From the IMG/VR virus record IMGVR_UViG_3300042275_000327, positions 83,627 through 147,626 of that record: a stretch of 64,000 bases of DNA. One strand, 5' to 3'. Position 1 is the first letter of the stretch, and the number at the start of each line of letters is the position of its first letter. Source of the stretch: a virus. Taxonomy: Duplodnaviria > Caudoviricetes. Of the stretch, positions 20,602 to 30,886 are shown in pieces. Below the pieces are notes generated by a model that saw nothing but the letters and a program-made list of their open reading frames with translations, did no database searches and was not told the origin of the DNA. Made by a program: the position numbers and the translations under genes.

Positions 20602-21721
20602 GACTATCAGAGATTTAAAAAAGAAATACGATTCTGGTGTTATTATGGATCTAAGAAAAAATGAAGCTCCCCCAAAAGTAGAAAGAGTTCCTGTTGATTC
20701 TCCAAAGATAGGAGAACTTCTTGGTTATGGAGGATATGCTAGAGGAAGAGTTATTGTCATATATGGACCCGAAAGTGGGGGCAAGACTTCTCTTTGTTCT
20801 TATATGGCAGGTACTTGTCAGAAAACCACTTTTGAATATATGACTGATGAAGGCGAGTTGAAAGAGCGAAAAGGTGTTGTTGTATTTATTGATGCTGAGC
20901 ATTCTTTTGATCCTGAGTTTGCAAAGGTTCATAATTTTGATATCTCACAATGTATTTTAGTACAGCCAGATAATGGAGAACAAGCTCTTCATATAGCAAT
21001 TGAGCTTATTTCTACAGGTGAAGTTGATATGGTAATAATTGATTCTCTTGCAGCTTGTACACCTATTGCAGAAATTGAAGCAGATATGGATCAGATGCAG
21101 ATGGGACTTCAAGCAAGAATGTTTTCTAAATTTTTCAGAAAAGCTATTGCTATTACAGGTCAGACAAAAACAACTGTTTTGTGTACTAATCAGATTAGAG
21201 ATTCTATTGGAATGTATTCTGGTGGACCACAGATGCCAGGAGGAAGAGCAATTAGATTTTATTCTTCAGTTCTAATTGAAGTAAAAAGAAAAGATTGGGT
21301 GATGGATGGTAATGATCCTTCAGGAATTATTATTGCTGCAAAGTCTATAAAAAACAAAACTGCTCCTCCTATGAAAAAACATCTTCTAGAGATGTCCTTT
21401 ACTAAAGGATTTGATTCACATTTGGAATGGATTGATTATGCTATTCAATATGACATTATTCAAAATCCAGGACAAGGATCTTATATACTCTATAATGGAA
21501 CCAAAGTAAGAGGAAAAGGAAAAGTGATTGACTTCTACTCTGATCCAGAGAATTCTGAAGAATATGATATAGTTATTGCTAAGACAAAAGAAAGAATGTA
21601 TGCAAAGGCTGGTGTTGCTAGAGTGTCTGTTGATTCAGAAGAGGACGAGAAAGAGGTAAGAGAACTTTTGGATGGTGAAGATCCTTATGTAGAAGAAAGC
21701 CAGGAAGAAGGAGAAAAATAA
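20585..21721 (+). CDS. recA: RecA/UvsX recombinase
   Basis: GPESGGKT, FIDAEH, IDSLAA, QARMFS, NQIR, GGRAIRFYSS. Confidence 0.97.
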   Translation: MEKLDKTIRDLKKKYDSGVIMDLRKNEAPPKVERVPVDSPKIGELLGYGGYARGRVIVIYGPESGGKTSLCSYMAGTCQKTTFEYMTDEGELKERKGVVVFIDAEHSFDPEFAKVHNFDISQCILVQPDNGEQALHIAIELISTGEVDMVIIDSLAACTPIAEIEADMDQMQMGLQARMFSKFFRKAIAITGQTKTTVLCTNQIRDSIGMYSGGPQMPGGRAIRFYSSVLIEVKRKDWVMDGNDPSGIIIAAKSIKNKTAPPMKKHLLEMSFTKGFDSHLEWIDYAIQYDIIQNPGQGSYILYNGTKVRGKGKVIDFYSDPENSEEYDIVIAKTKERMYAKAGVARVSVDSEEDEKEVRELLDGEDPYVEESQEEGEK

Positions 21722-21723
21722 AG

Positions 21724-23868
21724 ATGTTTATCAAAAATGTATATATGAAGAATTTTGGAAATGTCCAAGAACAAAGACTAGACTTCACTGAAGGATTGAC
21801 TCTCTTCAGTGGAAATAATGGAGAAGGAAAGAGTACTATTCTTCGATGTCTTACTCTTCTTTTATTCAATCAGACAACAGGAAAACTCTCTGATTATATA
21901 AGATGGGGAACTGATGGATTTGAAATCTCTACTGAATTGACTCATAAGGGACAAGATCTAAAGATCTCTTTTTCTTATTCAGAAAAGTCTTCTAACAGAG
22001 AAGTCAGTGTCCTGAATACATCTGATAAGTATCAGAATTCTGCAGCTTTGGTATATTTGGATGAGCTTTTTGACTCTAAGAGAGCTCTCTCTTCTATTGT
22101 CTCTTTTGAGAATGAGATTGATCTAATTACAACTTCTCCTTCTGAGAGAAGAGAATACCTAAAAAGAATTTATGATCTGAATTTCAAGAACGAATTGAAT
22201 CAAATCATTTCAGAAAAGAACTCCTCAGAGAAAGAAGTCCAGAAACTTAGTGGGGAGATCTCAGCTTTAGAGTCAATGACTTTTGAAAGACTTATGCCAG
22301 ACAGACTTCCATTTTCTAAAGAGGTATATGATCAGAAGCTTTCAAATCTTGAATCAGTTCAGTCTCTAATTTCTAGTCTCAAACGACAGAAAGAGGATGA
22401 AGAATCAAATAAGAAGAAAGTAGAGACTCTTGAATATGATATCTATAAATTAGATAAGAAAATTGAAACACAAAAAGAAAACATCAGTAACTCTGAAAAG
22501 CAAATCATAGATACCAAGAAAAAAGATTCAGAAATTGTTCTTGATATTCCTGCTATAGAAGAAGTCTTTAATGAAGAAAAAGAAAATCTTCTGAGTGACA
22601 AAGAAGTTCTAAAAAGTAAGATAGATTCTTTAAAATCAAAGTTAAGTAATCTTGAAGAACCCAGCTTGGATCTTGAGTCTCTAGATGTTTCAGGAACTAG
22701 AGAAGAAGTTTACAATTTTCAGTATCAGATCAATGATCTTGAGAAACAGATAAAGACATTTGAATCAGGTAAGTGTCCTACTTGTGGTCATGAAGTAGAT
22801 AAGTCTTTTTTAGACAACTCTACTAAGAGATTAGAAAATCTAAGGGATTTATGGACAAACAAGAAAAAAGAATTAGAAGAGAAAGAAGAGCTAAGGTCTT
22901 CATATCAAGAATCTCTAAAAGATTATGAAAAAAGGAAGAGAGAGCTAGAATCACAAATAAAAGATTCTATTTCAACTCTAGCTTCAATTGAAAAAGATTG
23001 TTTACATATTGAAGAAAAGAAGCAGTCAAAGATCAATTTGGAGAAAGCTAACTTTGAACATCTCAAGTCAGTAAATCAACAAAAAATTAAAGAAGAAGAG
23101 AATAAAATTGTCTCTTATAATGAAGTAATGAATTCCTCTATTGAAGATAGAGACAGACTCTCAGAGGATCTTCAGAGCTTACAGGAGAAACTCTCATCTT
23201 TAAGTAATATAACTACTCAACTAGAAGAACAAAACTCTCTAGAAGTCTCTCTGAGAACTGATATAAAGATGTATGATGGTGTTGTATCTTCTAATGAAGA
23301 AAAGAAAAAGTTAAATGAGATTCAAAGTAAGAAGGAAGATGAAAGAGATGAGTCTTTAGTAGAAAAGAAAAAAGAACTTTTACATTCTCAAGAAGATGTC
23401 TCTTTAGCTGAATTTTCTTATAAGATTTTATCTAAGGAATTTCCTTCTTTCGTTATTTCTAGGATGATTAGTTCTCTTACTTTCTATGTGAATGAATTTC
23501 TTTCTAAGGTGTATCCTAACTATAATATTGAGATCGTAGAAAGTAAGAATTCATTAAGAGTATTGTATGGACCAAATAGATCTGATGTGAAGCTAGCTTC
23601 TGGGTTTGAACAACAGATCTTCTCTTTTGCTTGGAAATATGCTCTTGGCAAGATTCAAAATTATGGAATTCTAATTCTAGATGAGGTCGACTCAGCTGCT
23701 TCTGATGAGAATTCAGAAAAGTTCTATTCAACTCTTGCTAAAATGGATAATTGTTTTAAACAAATTTTTGTTGTTACTCATAAACAAGAAATCAAAGACC
23801 TTTTGGCAAATGATTATGATGCTTCAATATATGAGGTTACAAAAGGAAATTATGAAAAGGTAGTGTAG
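21724..23868 (+). CDS. sbcC: SbcC/Rad50-like ATPase (gp46)
   Basis: GNNGEGKS, coiled coil with CPTC hook, ASGFE signature, LDE Walker B, VTH. Confidence 0.93.
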   Translation: MFIKNVYMKNFGNVQEQRLDFTEGLTLFSGNNGEGKSTILRCLTLLLFNQTTGKLSDYIRWGTDGFEISTELTHKGQDLKISFSYSEKSSNREVSVLNTSDKYQNSAALVYLDELFDSKRALSSIVSFENEIDLITTSPSERREYLKRIYDLNFKNELNQIISEKNSSEKEVQKLSGEISALESMTFERLMPDRLPFSKEVYDQKLSNLESVQSLISSLKRQKEDEESNKKKVETLEYDIYKLDKKIETQKENISNSEKQIIDTKKKDSEIVLDIPAIEEVFNEEKENLLSDKEVLKSKIDSLKSKLSNLEEPSLDLESLDVSGTREEVYNFQYQINDLEKQIKTFESGKCPTCGHEVDKSFLDNSTKRLENLRDLWTNKKKELEEKEELRSSYQESLKDYEKRKRELESQIKDSISTLASIEKDCLHIEEKKQSKINLEKANFEHLKSVNQQKIKEEENKIVSYNEVMNSSIEDRDRLSEDLQSLQEKLSSLSNITTQLEEQNSLEVSLRTDIKMYDGVVSSNEEKKKLNEIQSKKEDERDESLVEKKKELLHSQEDVSLAEFSYKILSKEFPSFVISRMISSLTFYVNEFLSKVYPNYNIEIVESKNSLRVLYGPNRSDVKLASGFEQQIFSFAWKYALGKIQNYGILILDEVDSAASDENSEKFYSTLAKMDNCFKQIFVVTHKQEIKDLLANDYDASIYEVTKGNYEKVV

Positions 23869-23873
23869 AAGAA

Positions 23874-24377
23874 TTGAAGAAAATTTGGATTGGGATAGAT
23901 AATGGAGTCTCAGGCTCTATCGGTTTTGTAGGAGATATTGAAAGTGAATTCTTTCTCACTCCTATAAAGAATGAGATGTCTTTTCAGAAGTCTAAGAAGA
24001 GTAAAATTAATCGAATTGATTTTAAAATACTCTTTGATAAGCTGAAAGAGATAAAAGATTTAGAATGTTCTGTTCATGCATTCATAGAGAGACCAATGAT
24101 TAATCCAACCAGATTTCAAGCATCAATCTCTGCTGCAAGATCTCTTGAATCTACTTTGATTATCTTAGAGCTGTTAGAAATACCTTATGAATATATTGAT
24201 AGTAAGCAGTGGCAAAAGGTTCTTCTACCTGCAGGAATAAAAGGATCAGAGGAGCAAAAGAAAGCAAGTAAAGATATTGGAATAAGATTATTCCCAGAAC
24301 ACAAGACACTAATAGAGAAGCATAAAGATGCTGATGGAATTTTGATAGCTGAATGGGCTCGTAGAGCACAACTATAA
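23874..24377 (+). CDS. RuvC-like Holliday junction resolvase
   Basis: IGIDNGVSG, FIE, QWQK, DADGILIA. Confidence 0.85.
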   Translation: MKKIWIGIDNGVSGSIGFVGDIESEFFLTPIKNEMSFQKSKKSKINRIDFKILFDKLKEIKDLECSVHAFIERPMINPTRFQASISAARSLESTLIILELLEIPYEYIDSKQWQKVLLPAGIKGSEEQKKASKDIGIRLFPEHKTLIEKHKDADGILIAEWARRAQL

Positions 24378-24401
24378 TAAATTTTTAGATTTGAGGATTG
24401 T

Positions 24402-24575
24402 ATGAAAAGACTTGATGATTTGGAATCAGATCGCGAATTAGAAGATTTCTTGTATCTAGAGAGTATCTACAATGATGAAGAGGAAGAAGATCTTTTTTCA
24501 AGTGACTCTGGATTTCCTGATGAGTTGGATTATGAATTTGATGTTGACGAATATGATGATGGAGAAGACTATTAA
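24402..24575 (+). CDS. Small, highly acidic protein (57 aa)
   Basis: Hand-translated MKRLDDLESDRELEDF...DEYDDGEDY; GAGGA RBS; abuts nrdJ. Confidence 0.7.
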   Translation: MKRLDDLESDRELEDFLYLESIYNDEEEEDLFSSDSGFPDELDYEFDVDEYDDGEDY

Positions 24576-26846
24576 ATGGATTTTAAACAACCAGTTTCTA
24601 AAGAGATCTTTTTTAGAAAATATGCTTTGCATGGTGAGAAAACAGTAGAAGAAGTTCTTGAAGGAGTAGCAGAAGAAATTGCTTCTGTGGAAAAGAATAA
24701 AAATTTATGGAAAGAAGTATTCTACGAAGCAATGATTTCAGGAGAATTCATTCCTGCTGGAAGAATTCTAGCAAATGCTAGACCTAATTCAAGAATGAAA
24801 AATTATAATAATTGTTTTACAATTGATATAGAAGACTCAATGGAAAGCATCTATGATTCTTTAAAAGAAGATGCTCTTATTGGAAAAGTTGGAGGTGGAG
24901 TAGGATTCAATATTTCTAAGCTTCGTCCAAAAGGAGCAGTGATCAGTAAAGGTGGAGAATCTTCTGGTGTAATGAGTTTTCTTGAAATTTTTGATACCTC
25001 TGCAATGTCTATTCATACAGGTGGAGGAAGAAGAGGAGCTCATATTTGTATTCTTAATGTAGACCATCCAGATATTGAAGAGTTTATCGAATATAAAAAA
25101 GGTAAAGAGAACAATAGGCTGACTCAGTTCAATATTTCTGTTGGAATAACAGATAAGTTCATGCAAGCTGTTGAGAAAGATGAAGATTGGGATCTTGTTT
25201 TTGAAGGAAGAGTATATAAGACAATTAAAGCAAAAGATCTTTATGACAGAATGACCAAACAAGCATGGTGGTATAATGAGCCAGGAGCTCTTTTTCTTGA
25301 TACTGTCGAGAATGAAAACAATGCTCCTCATAGATTTAAACTAGACAGGGTTAACCCTTGCGGGGAAATTGTAATGCCAGCTTACAGCCTATGTTGTCTA
25401 TCTTCTATCAATCTATCTAAATTAGTTGTCAATTCTTTTGAAGACTCATCATCTTTTGATTGGAACAAATTTAAGAAATTGACTTCTTTAGGAGTAAGAT
25501 TCCTTGACAATGTTTTGGATGCTACAGAGTACCCTTTAGAAAAGATCGAAAATCTTTCAAAACAATGGAGAAGAATTGGACTTGGTATTACAGGTCTTGG
25601 TGATGCTCTCATAAAGATGAGAATTAGATATGGAAGTCCTGAAAGTATCTCCTTCATTGACAAGTTAGGAAAAGTAATGGCAAATGAAGCTTATAAAGCT
25701 TCTGTTGAGCTTGCTAAAGAAAAAGGAAGATTTCCTGCATTTGATGAAAAAATTGGAGAATTTGGATTCATTAGAAAACTTGATGAAGAAATTCAAGAAG
25801 ACATTCAGAAATATGGACTAAGAAATATTTCCATCCTCACTACTGCCCCCACAGGGACCACAAGTTTCACTCTTGGTAACAATTGTTCTTCTGGTATAGA
25901 GCCAATATTTTCTCTTCAGTATGATAGAACAATCAGACAGGAGGATGACTCTTTAAAGATTGAAACTGTATATGATGATGGATGGTTAGAATATCTTGGG
26001 TACTGTAAAGATCTCAACTATGAAATTGATCCTGAATCTTTGCCTGATTATATTACTATTTCTCATCAAGTCTCCATTAAAGAAGGAATTGATGTTCAGT
26101 CAGCTTTTCAATATTGGATAGATCATAGCATATCTAAAACAATCAATATGCCTTTTGAGACAACCCTAGAAGACTATAAAGATATTTTTATGTATGCTTG
26201 GAAAAAAGGATTAAAGGGAGTCACATCCTTCCATGAAGGAGCATCTATGGATGGAATTCTCTCTACTAAGAAAGAAGAAAAGGATTCTGATCTATGGAGA
26301 AAGATTGAGGTTTTAGCCAATTCAAAGAAAAGACCTGAAGTTCTTCCTTGTGATATCTATGAAATGCAAGTGAATAAAGAACGTGTTGTTGTTCTAGTTG
26401 GAAAAGACAATGAGAACAATGAACCTTATGAGGTATTCCTTACTATTGATAGTGATTCTTTAATTAAGCTAGGATCTGCAAAAGAAGGAGAAATTAGGAA
26501 GACTAAAAAAGGAAAGTATGATCTTATCATTAAAGGAAAGAAAAGTACTTTTGTGTTGGAGGATATCACTTCTGTTTTTGATGATGATTATGCTGTAATG
26601 TGTAGATTGATGTCACTAGCTATGAGACACCATATCCCTCTTCAATTCATTGTAGACCAACTGAATAAGACTAAGAGATTTGATACATTCTCAAAGACTA
26701 TGGCAAGAGTTTTGAAAAAGTATATTGCTGATGGAGAAAAAGTAATTTCTCATTCTGACTCTAAGTGCCCAGAATGTGGTGGAGAGTTAGTCTATAAAGA
26801 AGGCTGTAAACAGTGTACCAAGTGTTTTTGGTCAAAATGTGGTTAG
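24576..26846 (+). CDS. nrdJ: Class II (B12-dependent) ribonucleotide reductase
   Basis: NCF, NPCGE, CCLSSIN, APTGT; C-terminal TSCPD-like domain and CPEC..CTKC Zn ribbon; no small subunit adjacent. Confidence 0.92.
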   Translation: MDFKQPVSKEIFFRKYALHGEKTVEEVLEGVAEEIASVEKNKNLWKEVFYEAMISGEFIPAGRILANARPNSRMKNYNNCFTIDIEDSMESIYDSLKEDALIGKVGGGVGFNISKLRPKGAVISKGGESSGVMSFLEIFDTSAMSIHTGGGRRGAHICILNVDHPDIEEFIEYKKGKENNRLTQFNISVGITDKFMQAVEKDEDWDLVFEGRVYKTIKAKDLYDRMTKQAWWYNEPGALFLDTVENENNAPHRFKLDRVNPCGEIVMPAYSLCCLSSINLSKLVVNSFEDSSSFDWNKFKKLTSLGVRFLDNVLDATEYPLEKIENLSKQWRRIGLGITGLGDALIKMRIRYGSPESISFIDKLGKVMANEAYKASVELAKEKGRFPAFDEKIGEFGFIRKLDEEIQEDIQKYGLRNISILTTAPTGTTSFTLGNNCSSGIEPIFSLQYDRTIRQEDDSLKIETVYDDGWLEYLGYCKDLNYEIDPESLPDYITISHQVSIKEGIDVQSAFQYWIDHSISKTINMPFETTLEDYKDIFMYAWKKGLKGVTSFHEGASMDGILSTKKEEKDSDLWRKIEVLANSKKRPEVLPCDIYEMQVNKERVVVLVGKDNENNEPYEVFLTIDSDSLIKLGSAKEGEIRKTKKGKYDLIIKGKKSTFVLEDITSVFDDDYAVMCRLMSLAMRHHIPLQFIVDQLNKTKRFDTFSKTMARVLKKYIADGEKVISHSDSKCPECGGELVYKEGCKQCTKCFWSKCG

Positions 26847-26858
26847 GCTAATGAAAAT

Positions 26859-26909
26859 AAAGAGAATTCTTGTATATACTATAAATATGAAAAGACAAGA
26901 ATTCTCTTT
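26859..26909. repeat. Perfect 15-bp inverted repeat enclosing a TATACT box
   Basis: AAAGAGAATTCTTGT-21nt-ACAAGAATTCTCTTT. Confidence 0.85.
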
Positions 26910-26938
26910 TAGTTTTGTTTGTGGTAGGAGAAAATAAA

Positions 26939-27970
26939 GTGTATAGTTTTAATGGAATAAATGAAGCTTTGGTAGTGATGTCTAAAGAGGTTTTAGAAAA
27001 AGGAGTGTTCAGAAAGACTCCAGGATTTCAGGCAGAAAACTCTAATAGATGTTTGGAGCTTCCTTTTCCTATAATCATTGAAATGAATCATCCTGAGGCA
27101 AGGAAAGTAAAAATTCCAGAAAGAAAATGGAATTCTACTTTACCATATGCTGAATCTTTGTGGTTAGCATTAGGATGGAATAGTTTGGATGATCTTCCTG
27201 GAAAATATGTAAAGAGTCTTTATAACTTTTCTGATGATGGACATTACTGGAGGGCAGGTTATGGTCCCAGGATTCGTCACTATAATGGTCTCACTGAGCA
27301 GTATTCAATTGGAGTATTTGGAAATTTCTATGATTGGGTACCAGAAGTAGATCAATTGAAGTATGTGTATGAAACATTAAAGAAAGATCCAAATTCTAGA
27401 CAAGCTCTTATTACTATTCATGATCCCATGAAAGATTCCAAAATAGATCTTGTTACTAAAGATCAGCCTTGTACTAGATCTCTTCATTTTATGGTTGTAG
27501 AAGATAAGCTAAATCTTTATACCACAATGAGATCAAACGATCTCCTTTGGGGATTTTCCGCTGTGAACAATTTCAATTTTACTTTTATGCTAGAATATAT
27601 GAGTAAACTTTTGAATATTCCTATGGGAAAGTATTATCATATTGCTCATAATTTTCATATCTATGAGGATTTCATAGAAAAGGTTAGAAAAATTTCAGAG
27701 TTTTCAATTGAAGAAGCAATAGAAATGGATTCAAGACAATTTAAAGAAGTTGTTCCATTCAAAGAAGGTTATACATTAAAAGATTTTGATAAAGATATTA
27801 TCAAAGTGTTTACAACACAAGATATGTTCTTTATAAGACCAGAGAGCATAGAAAAGAGATATCAGAGTTTTCTTGATGAAGGAAGAGATAAATTCTTCAA
27901 TGATTGGCTAACTGTATTTTATAAATATCACATAAGAAAGAGGAACAAAAATGAACAAAAATCTAACTAG
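26939..27970 (+). CDS. Thymidylate synthase homolog, probable dUMP hydroxymethylase
   Basis: Catalytic DQPCT; MRSNDLLWGFSAVN with the uracil-specifying Asn; HNFHIY; GTG start after AGGAG; neighbour of 5hmU-DNA kinase. Confidence 0.85.
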   Translation: MYSFNGINEALVVMSKEVLEKGVFRKTPGFQAENSNRCLELPFPIIIEMNHPEARKVKIPERKWNSTLPYAESLWLALGWNSLDDLPGKYVKSLYNFSDDGHYWRAGYGPRIRHYNGLTEQYSIGVFGNFYDWVPEVDQLKYVYETLKKDPNSRQALITIHDPMKDSKIDLVTKDQPCTRSLHFMVVEDKLNLYTTMRSNDLLWGFSAVNNFNFTFMLEYMSKLLNIPMGKYYHIAHNFHIYEDFIEKVRKISEFSIEEAIEMDSRQFKEVVPFKEGYTLKDFDKDIIKVFTTQDMFFIRPESIEKRYQSFLDEGRDKFFNDWLTVFYKYHIRKRNKNEQKSN

Positions 27971-28511
27971 ACAAATTCTTCATCATCGTAAGATGTTGAA
28001 CGTTCAAAGAATGTCAGGATCTCCAAAGATCAGAAGTTATAATTTAGCTGAGCATAGCTATTTTGTAGCTACAATGTTTGAAGAATTTGCAAGAGAAGAA
28101 CAACTAGAATATACTACAGATACATTGTATGTAATTCTCAGGCATGATATTATGGAGGTATTCACAGCAGATCTTCCTTATCCTGTTAAGAATTTTAATG
28201 AGAAAACAAAAGAGGCTTGGGAACTTATTGAAAGAGAAGTCTATGAAGGTGGTAAAGAAAGGTTTATCACTATGATGACTGATGAAGAGATAAAATCTAG
28301 ACTTACTGAAAAACAATTCATCTTGATGAAATCTTGTGATATTCTGGATTTGTATCTTTTCTGCTTAGAAGAAAGGCAGCTAGGGAATCATTCTCAACCT
28401 ATCCTTAAGATTATCAATAATTGTGAAGATATTTTAAATTATTGGAATGTTCCAAGTATACTGTATGTAATAGAAGATTTGAAAAAAGGAATACAAGGAG
28501 AAGATGAGTGA
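27951..28511 (+). CDS. HD-domain 5'-deoxynucleotidase (YfbR-like)
   Basis: NLAEHSY, RHDIMEVFTADLPYPVK, KSCD. Confidence 0.85.
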   Translation: MNKNLTRQILHHRKMLNVQRMSGSPKIRSYNLAEHSYFVATMFEEFAREEQLEYTTDTLYVILRHDIMEVFTADLPYPVKNFNEKTKEAWELIEREVYEGGKERFITMMTDEEIKSRLTEKQFILMKSCDILDLYLFCLEERQLGNHSQPILKIINNCEDILNYWNVPSILYVIEDLKKGIQGEDE

Positions 28512-28906
28512 GAGCAATTACAACAGAAGAATTTGAAAAATATATTGATGAAATCTTCAGTGAAATGAAGAAGATACTTATAGAGAAAAATAGGTCTTAC
28601 GGTTCTGCTTCATTTGAAGGAGACAATCTTGCTATACTAGGAAATTATTTCAGACTCACAGACAAGATCAATAGATACAAAAAGTTGATGCAAAACTATA
28701 TTTCTTCAGGTGCTCTGGGATCAGAAATTGGAGAGACTGTTCAAGATACAGTGAGAGACATCTTTGGCTATGCAACTATTGGATTGACAATTCTTGAATT
28801 GATGAATGAGCAAGAGGAATCTTTTCCTGGAGAAAATCTTAGGAAAGAAGGATTTGATCTAGAATATTATCCTTTTGGGTATGATAGTAAAAAGGATTGT
28901 GAATGA
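28508..28906 (+). CDS. DUF1599/Nmad1-like nucleotide-modification-associated protein
   Basis: KNRSYG, RLTDKINR, ETVQDTVRDIFGY. Confidence 0.8.
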   Translation: MRAITTEEFEKYIDEIFSEMKKILIEKNRSYGSASFEGDNLAILGNYFRLTDKINRYKKLMQNYISSGALGSEIGETVQDTVRDIFGYATIGLTILELMNEQEESFPGENLRKEGFDLEYYPFGYDSKKDCE

Positions 28907-29466
28907 GTCATGTAGCAGTTTCAGGTGTTCATGGAATTGGAAAAACTACTCTAGTCAAGGAATTGACTAGAGTAGACAATAGTTTATTCTTAGAAGAACA
29001 AGCAAGAAAACTTCTTGACACAAAATATTATTTCAAGGATGTAAATTCTAATTTATCTGTATTCATGGATTTTCAGAATGAAGTCCTAGATAATCAGATT
29101 GAGCTTTTGTTGAGATTCAAGAATGATAGATTTGTTACTGATAGAACACCAATAGATTCTCTTGCTTATGTAACAGAAAGACTAGGAGCAGAGAGATATC
29201 TGTACTCTTATTTCTATGAGTCCTATATAAAAAGAATAAAAGATATTCTATCGGAAATTGATTTTGATACTATCTATTTTTTGAATTTTGATGTGGAGTA
29301 TGAATGCTTCTGGAAGAACAAAGAAGATAGCCAAAGAAATTTGTCTCCTATGTATATGTTTTCATTGAATGAGATCATGATGAACTCCTATGTTAATACC
29401 TTCAATATTCCAATTAAGATTATTGAATCAAATCTCTCATTAGAAGAAAGGAAGAAATATCTATGA
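28903..29466 (+). CDS. P-loop nucleotide monophosphate kinase (AAA_28-like)
   Basis: GVHGIGKTT, DRTPIDSLAY. Confidence 0.85.
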   Translation: MSHVAVSGVHGIGKTTLVKELTRVDNSLFLEEQARKLLDTKYYFKDVNSNLSVFMDFQNEVLDNQIELLLRFKNDRFVTDRTPIDSLAYVTERLGAERYLYSYFYESYIKRIKDILSEIDFDTIYFLNFDVEYECFWKNKEDSQRNLSPMYMFSLNEIMMNSYVNTFNIPIKIIESNLSLEERKKYL

Positions 29467-30878
29467 AAAAAATTGCATATGTAGTTCATGCTGGTGACAC
29501 TAATGGTGGATTCCCACAGCATTCTGAAATAATAATTAAGACTTTAAAAGAGCTAGGAAATATTGTAGATTTTTATTATCTCCAGTATAGATCTAGTCCT
29601 TCAAAGAGAATAGAAGAAAAGATAGAGATTCTTAATTCCACAAATGGAGTTGGAAATAAGGATGGAAAGACTATTCTTTTTGATAAAGGTGAAGGAACCG
29701 GATTATGGTTTGAACCAGAGTCAGGATGGGTTCATAATGGATTTTGCTATAAAGAAAAAGAACAAAAAATTCAATTCAGAAATAAAATGGAAGAATATGA
29801 TGGAGTTTTTTGGCATACACCATTTTGGTTTAAACAAAATTCAACATTAAAAGATACAGATTGGCCAATCATGCTTGATGCAAAAAATCCAGTTCAAGTG
29901 GGTATGGTTCATGATGCTAACCTTAGATCAAATTGTGCTTGGATTCATTTTATTGAAGAGAAATTTGATTATATTCTTACAGTTCATCCAGCATCATATA
30001 ATTCTGCTTCTGTTCTTAGAACTCCGAGAGTTATGATTTTTAATCCACAGGATCTATCTATGATAGATAGAAATAGATCTGGATATGATTCTTTCAATGA
30101 TCCAACTCTATTTATTCTTCAAAACTGGAAATCCTCAAAGAGAGGTGCAGATTTTATACGTGCTATTCCTTATTTGAATGACTCAATAAAGTCATATATT
30201 GGAGGAGGTGGTATAGAATGGCGTTATATGAATTCTGAAGAAAAATGTAAAAGTATCTACTATTCTTCTGAATTATCAGATCCAAATCGTTCTGATTTAT
30301 GGAATAAGAGAATAATTGATAACGCTAAAACTCATCCTGGATTTGAATACCTTGGTTGGATTACAGAGAAAACAAGAGATGAGATCCTTTCTAGGACTTC
30401 TTTCTTTATTGATCCTGCATGGTATAAAATAAATTATACTCTTGGAGCTCATTTTTCGAGAACTCTTATAGAAGCAATGAAATTTGGTGTTGTCCCAATT
30501 GCAAGAGGACTTGGGCTTTCTAATAATGATGAAGGAAAAGGAGATGTTTTTAATTCAGGAATTAATTATATTAATGTACCTTCTAATTCTTCTCCCGAAG
30601 AATTTGCCAATATAATAGAAGATTCATTAAAAATGTCAGAGAATGAGTACAATAAAATTGTAAATAACAACTATGAAATTCTCAAGAATTTTGATAGATT
30701 TAATGTTGCAAAAGAATATCTAAAATTACTAGATGGAGAACCCTGTGGATGGTACAACAAATTTGAAGTAGGAAATCCTACCTATGATTTTATTCAGAAG
30801 GCAAATAGTCAATGGTATGGAACTGGGGATAAGAGAACTTTTTTCTTTAAGGAAAAGAGAAAGAAAGTTTTATTTTAG
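29463..30878 (+). CDS. GT-B fold glycosyltransferase (probable DNA base-modifying)
   Basis: GGFPQH N-terminus, MVHD, WKSSKRG, LIEAMKFGVVPI. Confidence 0.75.
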   Translation: MKKIAYVVHAGDTNGGFPQHSEIIIKTLKELGNIVDFYYLQYRSSPSKRIEEKIEILNSTNGVGNKDGKTILFDKGEGTGLWFEPESGWVHNGFCYKEKEQKIQFRNKMEEYDGVFWHTPFWFKQNSTLKDTDWPIMLDAKNPVQVGMVHDANLRSNCAWIHFIEEKFDYILTVHPASYNSASVLRTPRVMIFNPQDLSMIDRNRSGYDSFNDPTLFILQNWKSSKRGADFIRAIPYLNDSIKSYIGGGGIEWRYMNSEEKCKSIYYSSELSDPNRSDLWNKRIIDNAKTHPGFEYLGWITEKTRDEILSRTSFFIDPAWYKINYTLGAHFSRTLIEAMKFGVVPIARGLGLSNNDEGKGDVFNSGINYINVPSNSSPEEFANIIEDSLKMSENEYNKIVNNNYEILKNFDRFNVAKEYLKLLDGEPCGWYNKFEVGNPTYDFIQKANSQWYGTGDKRTFFFKEKRKKVLF

Positions 30879-30886
30879 AGGAATAG

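Noticed and set aside
26939-27970. Ordinary ThyA or dCMP hydroxymethylase
   Set aside because: Asn at the specificity position argues against dCMP, and the RSND..WG pattern plus the 5hmU kinase neighbour favour dUMP hydroxymethylase. ThyA activity is not strictly excluded.
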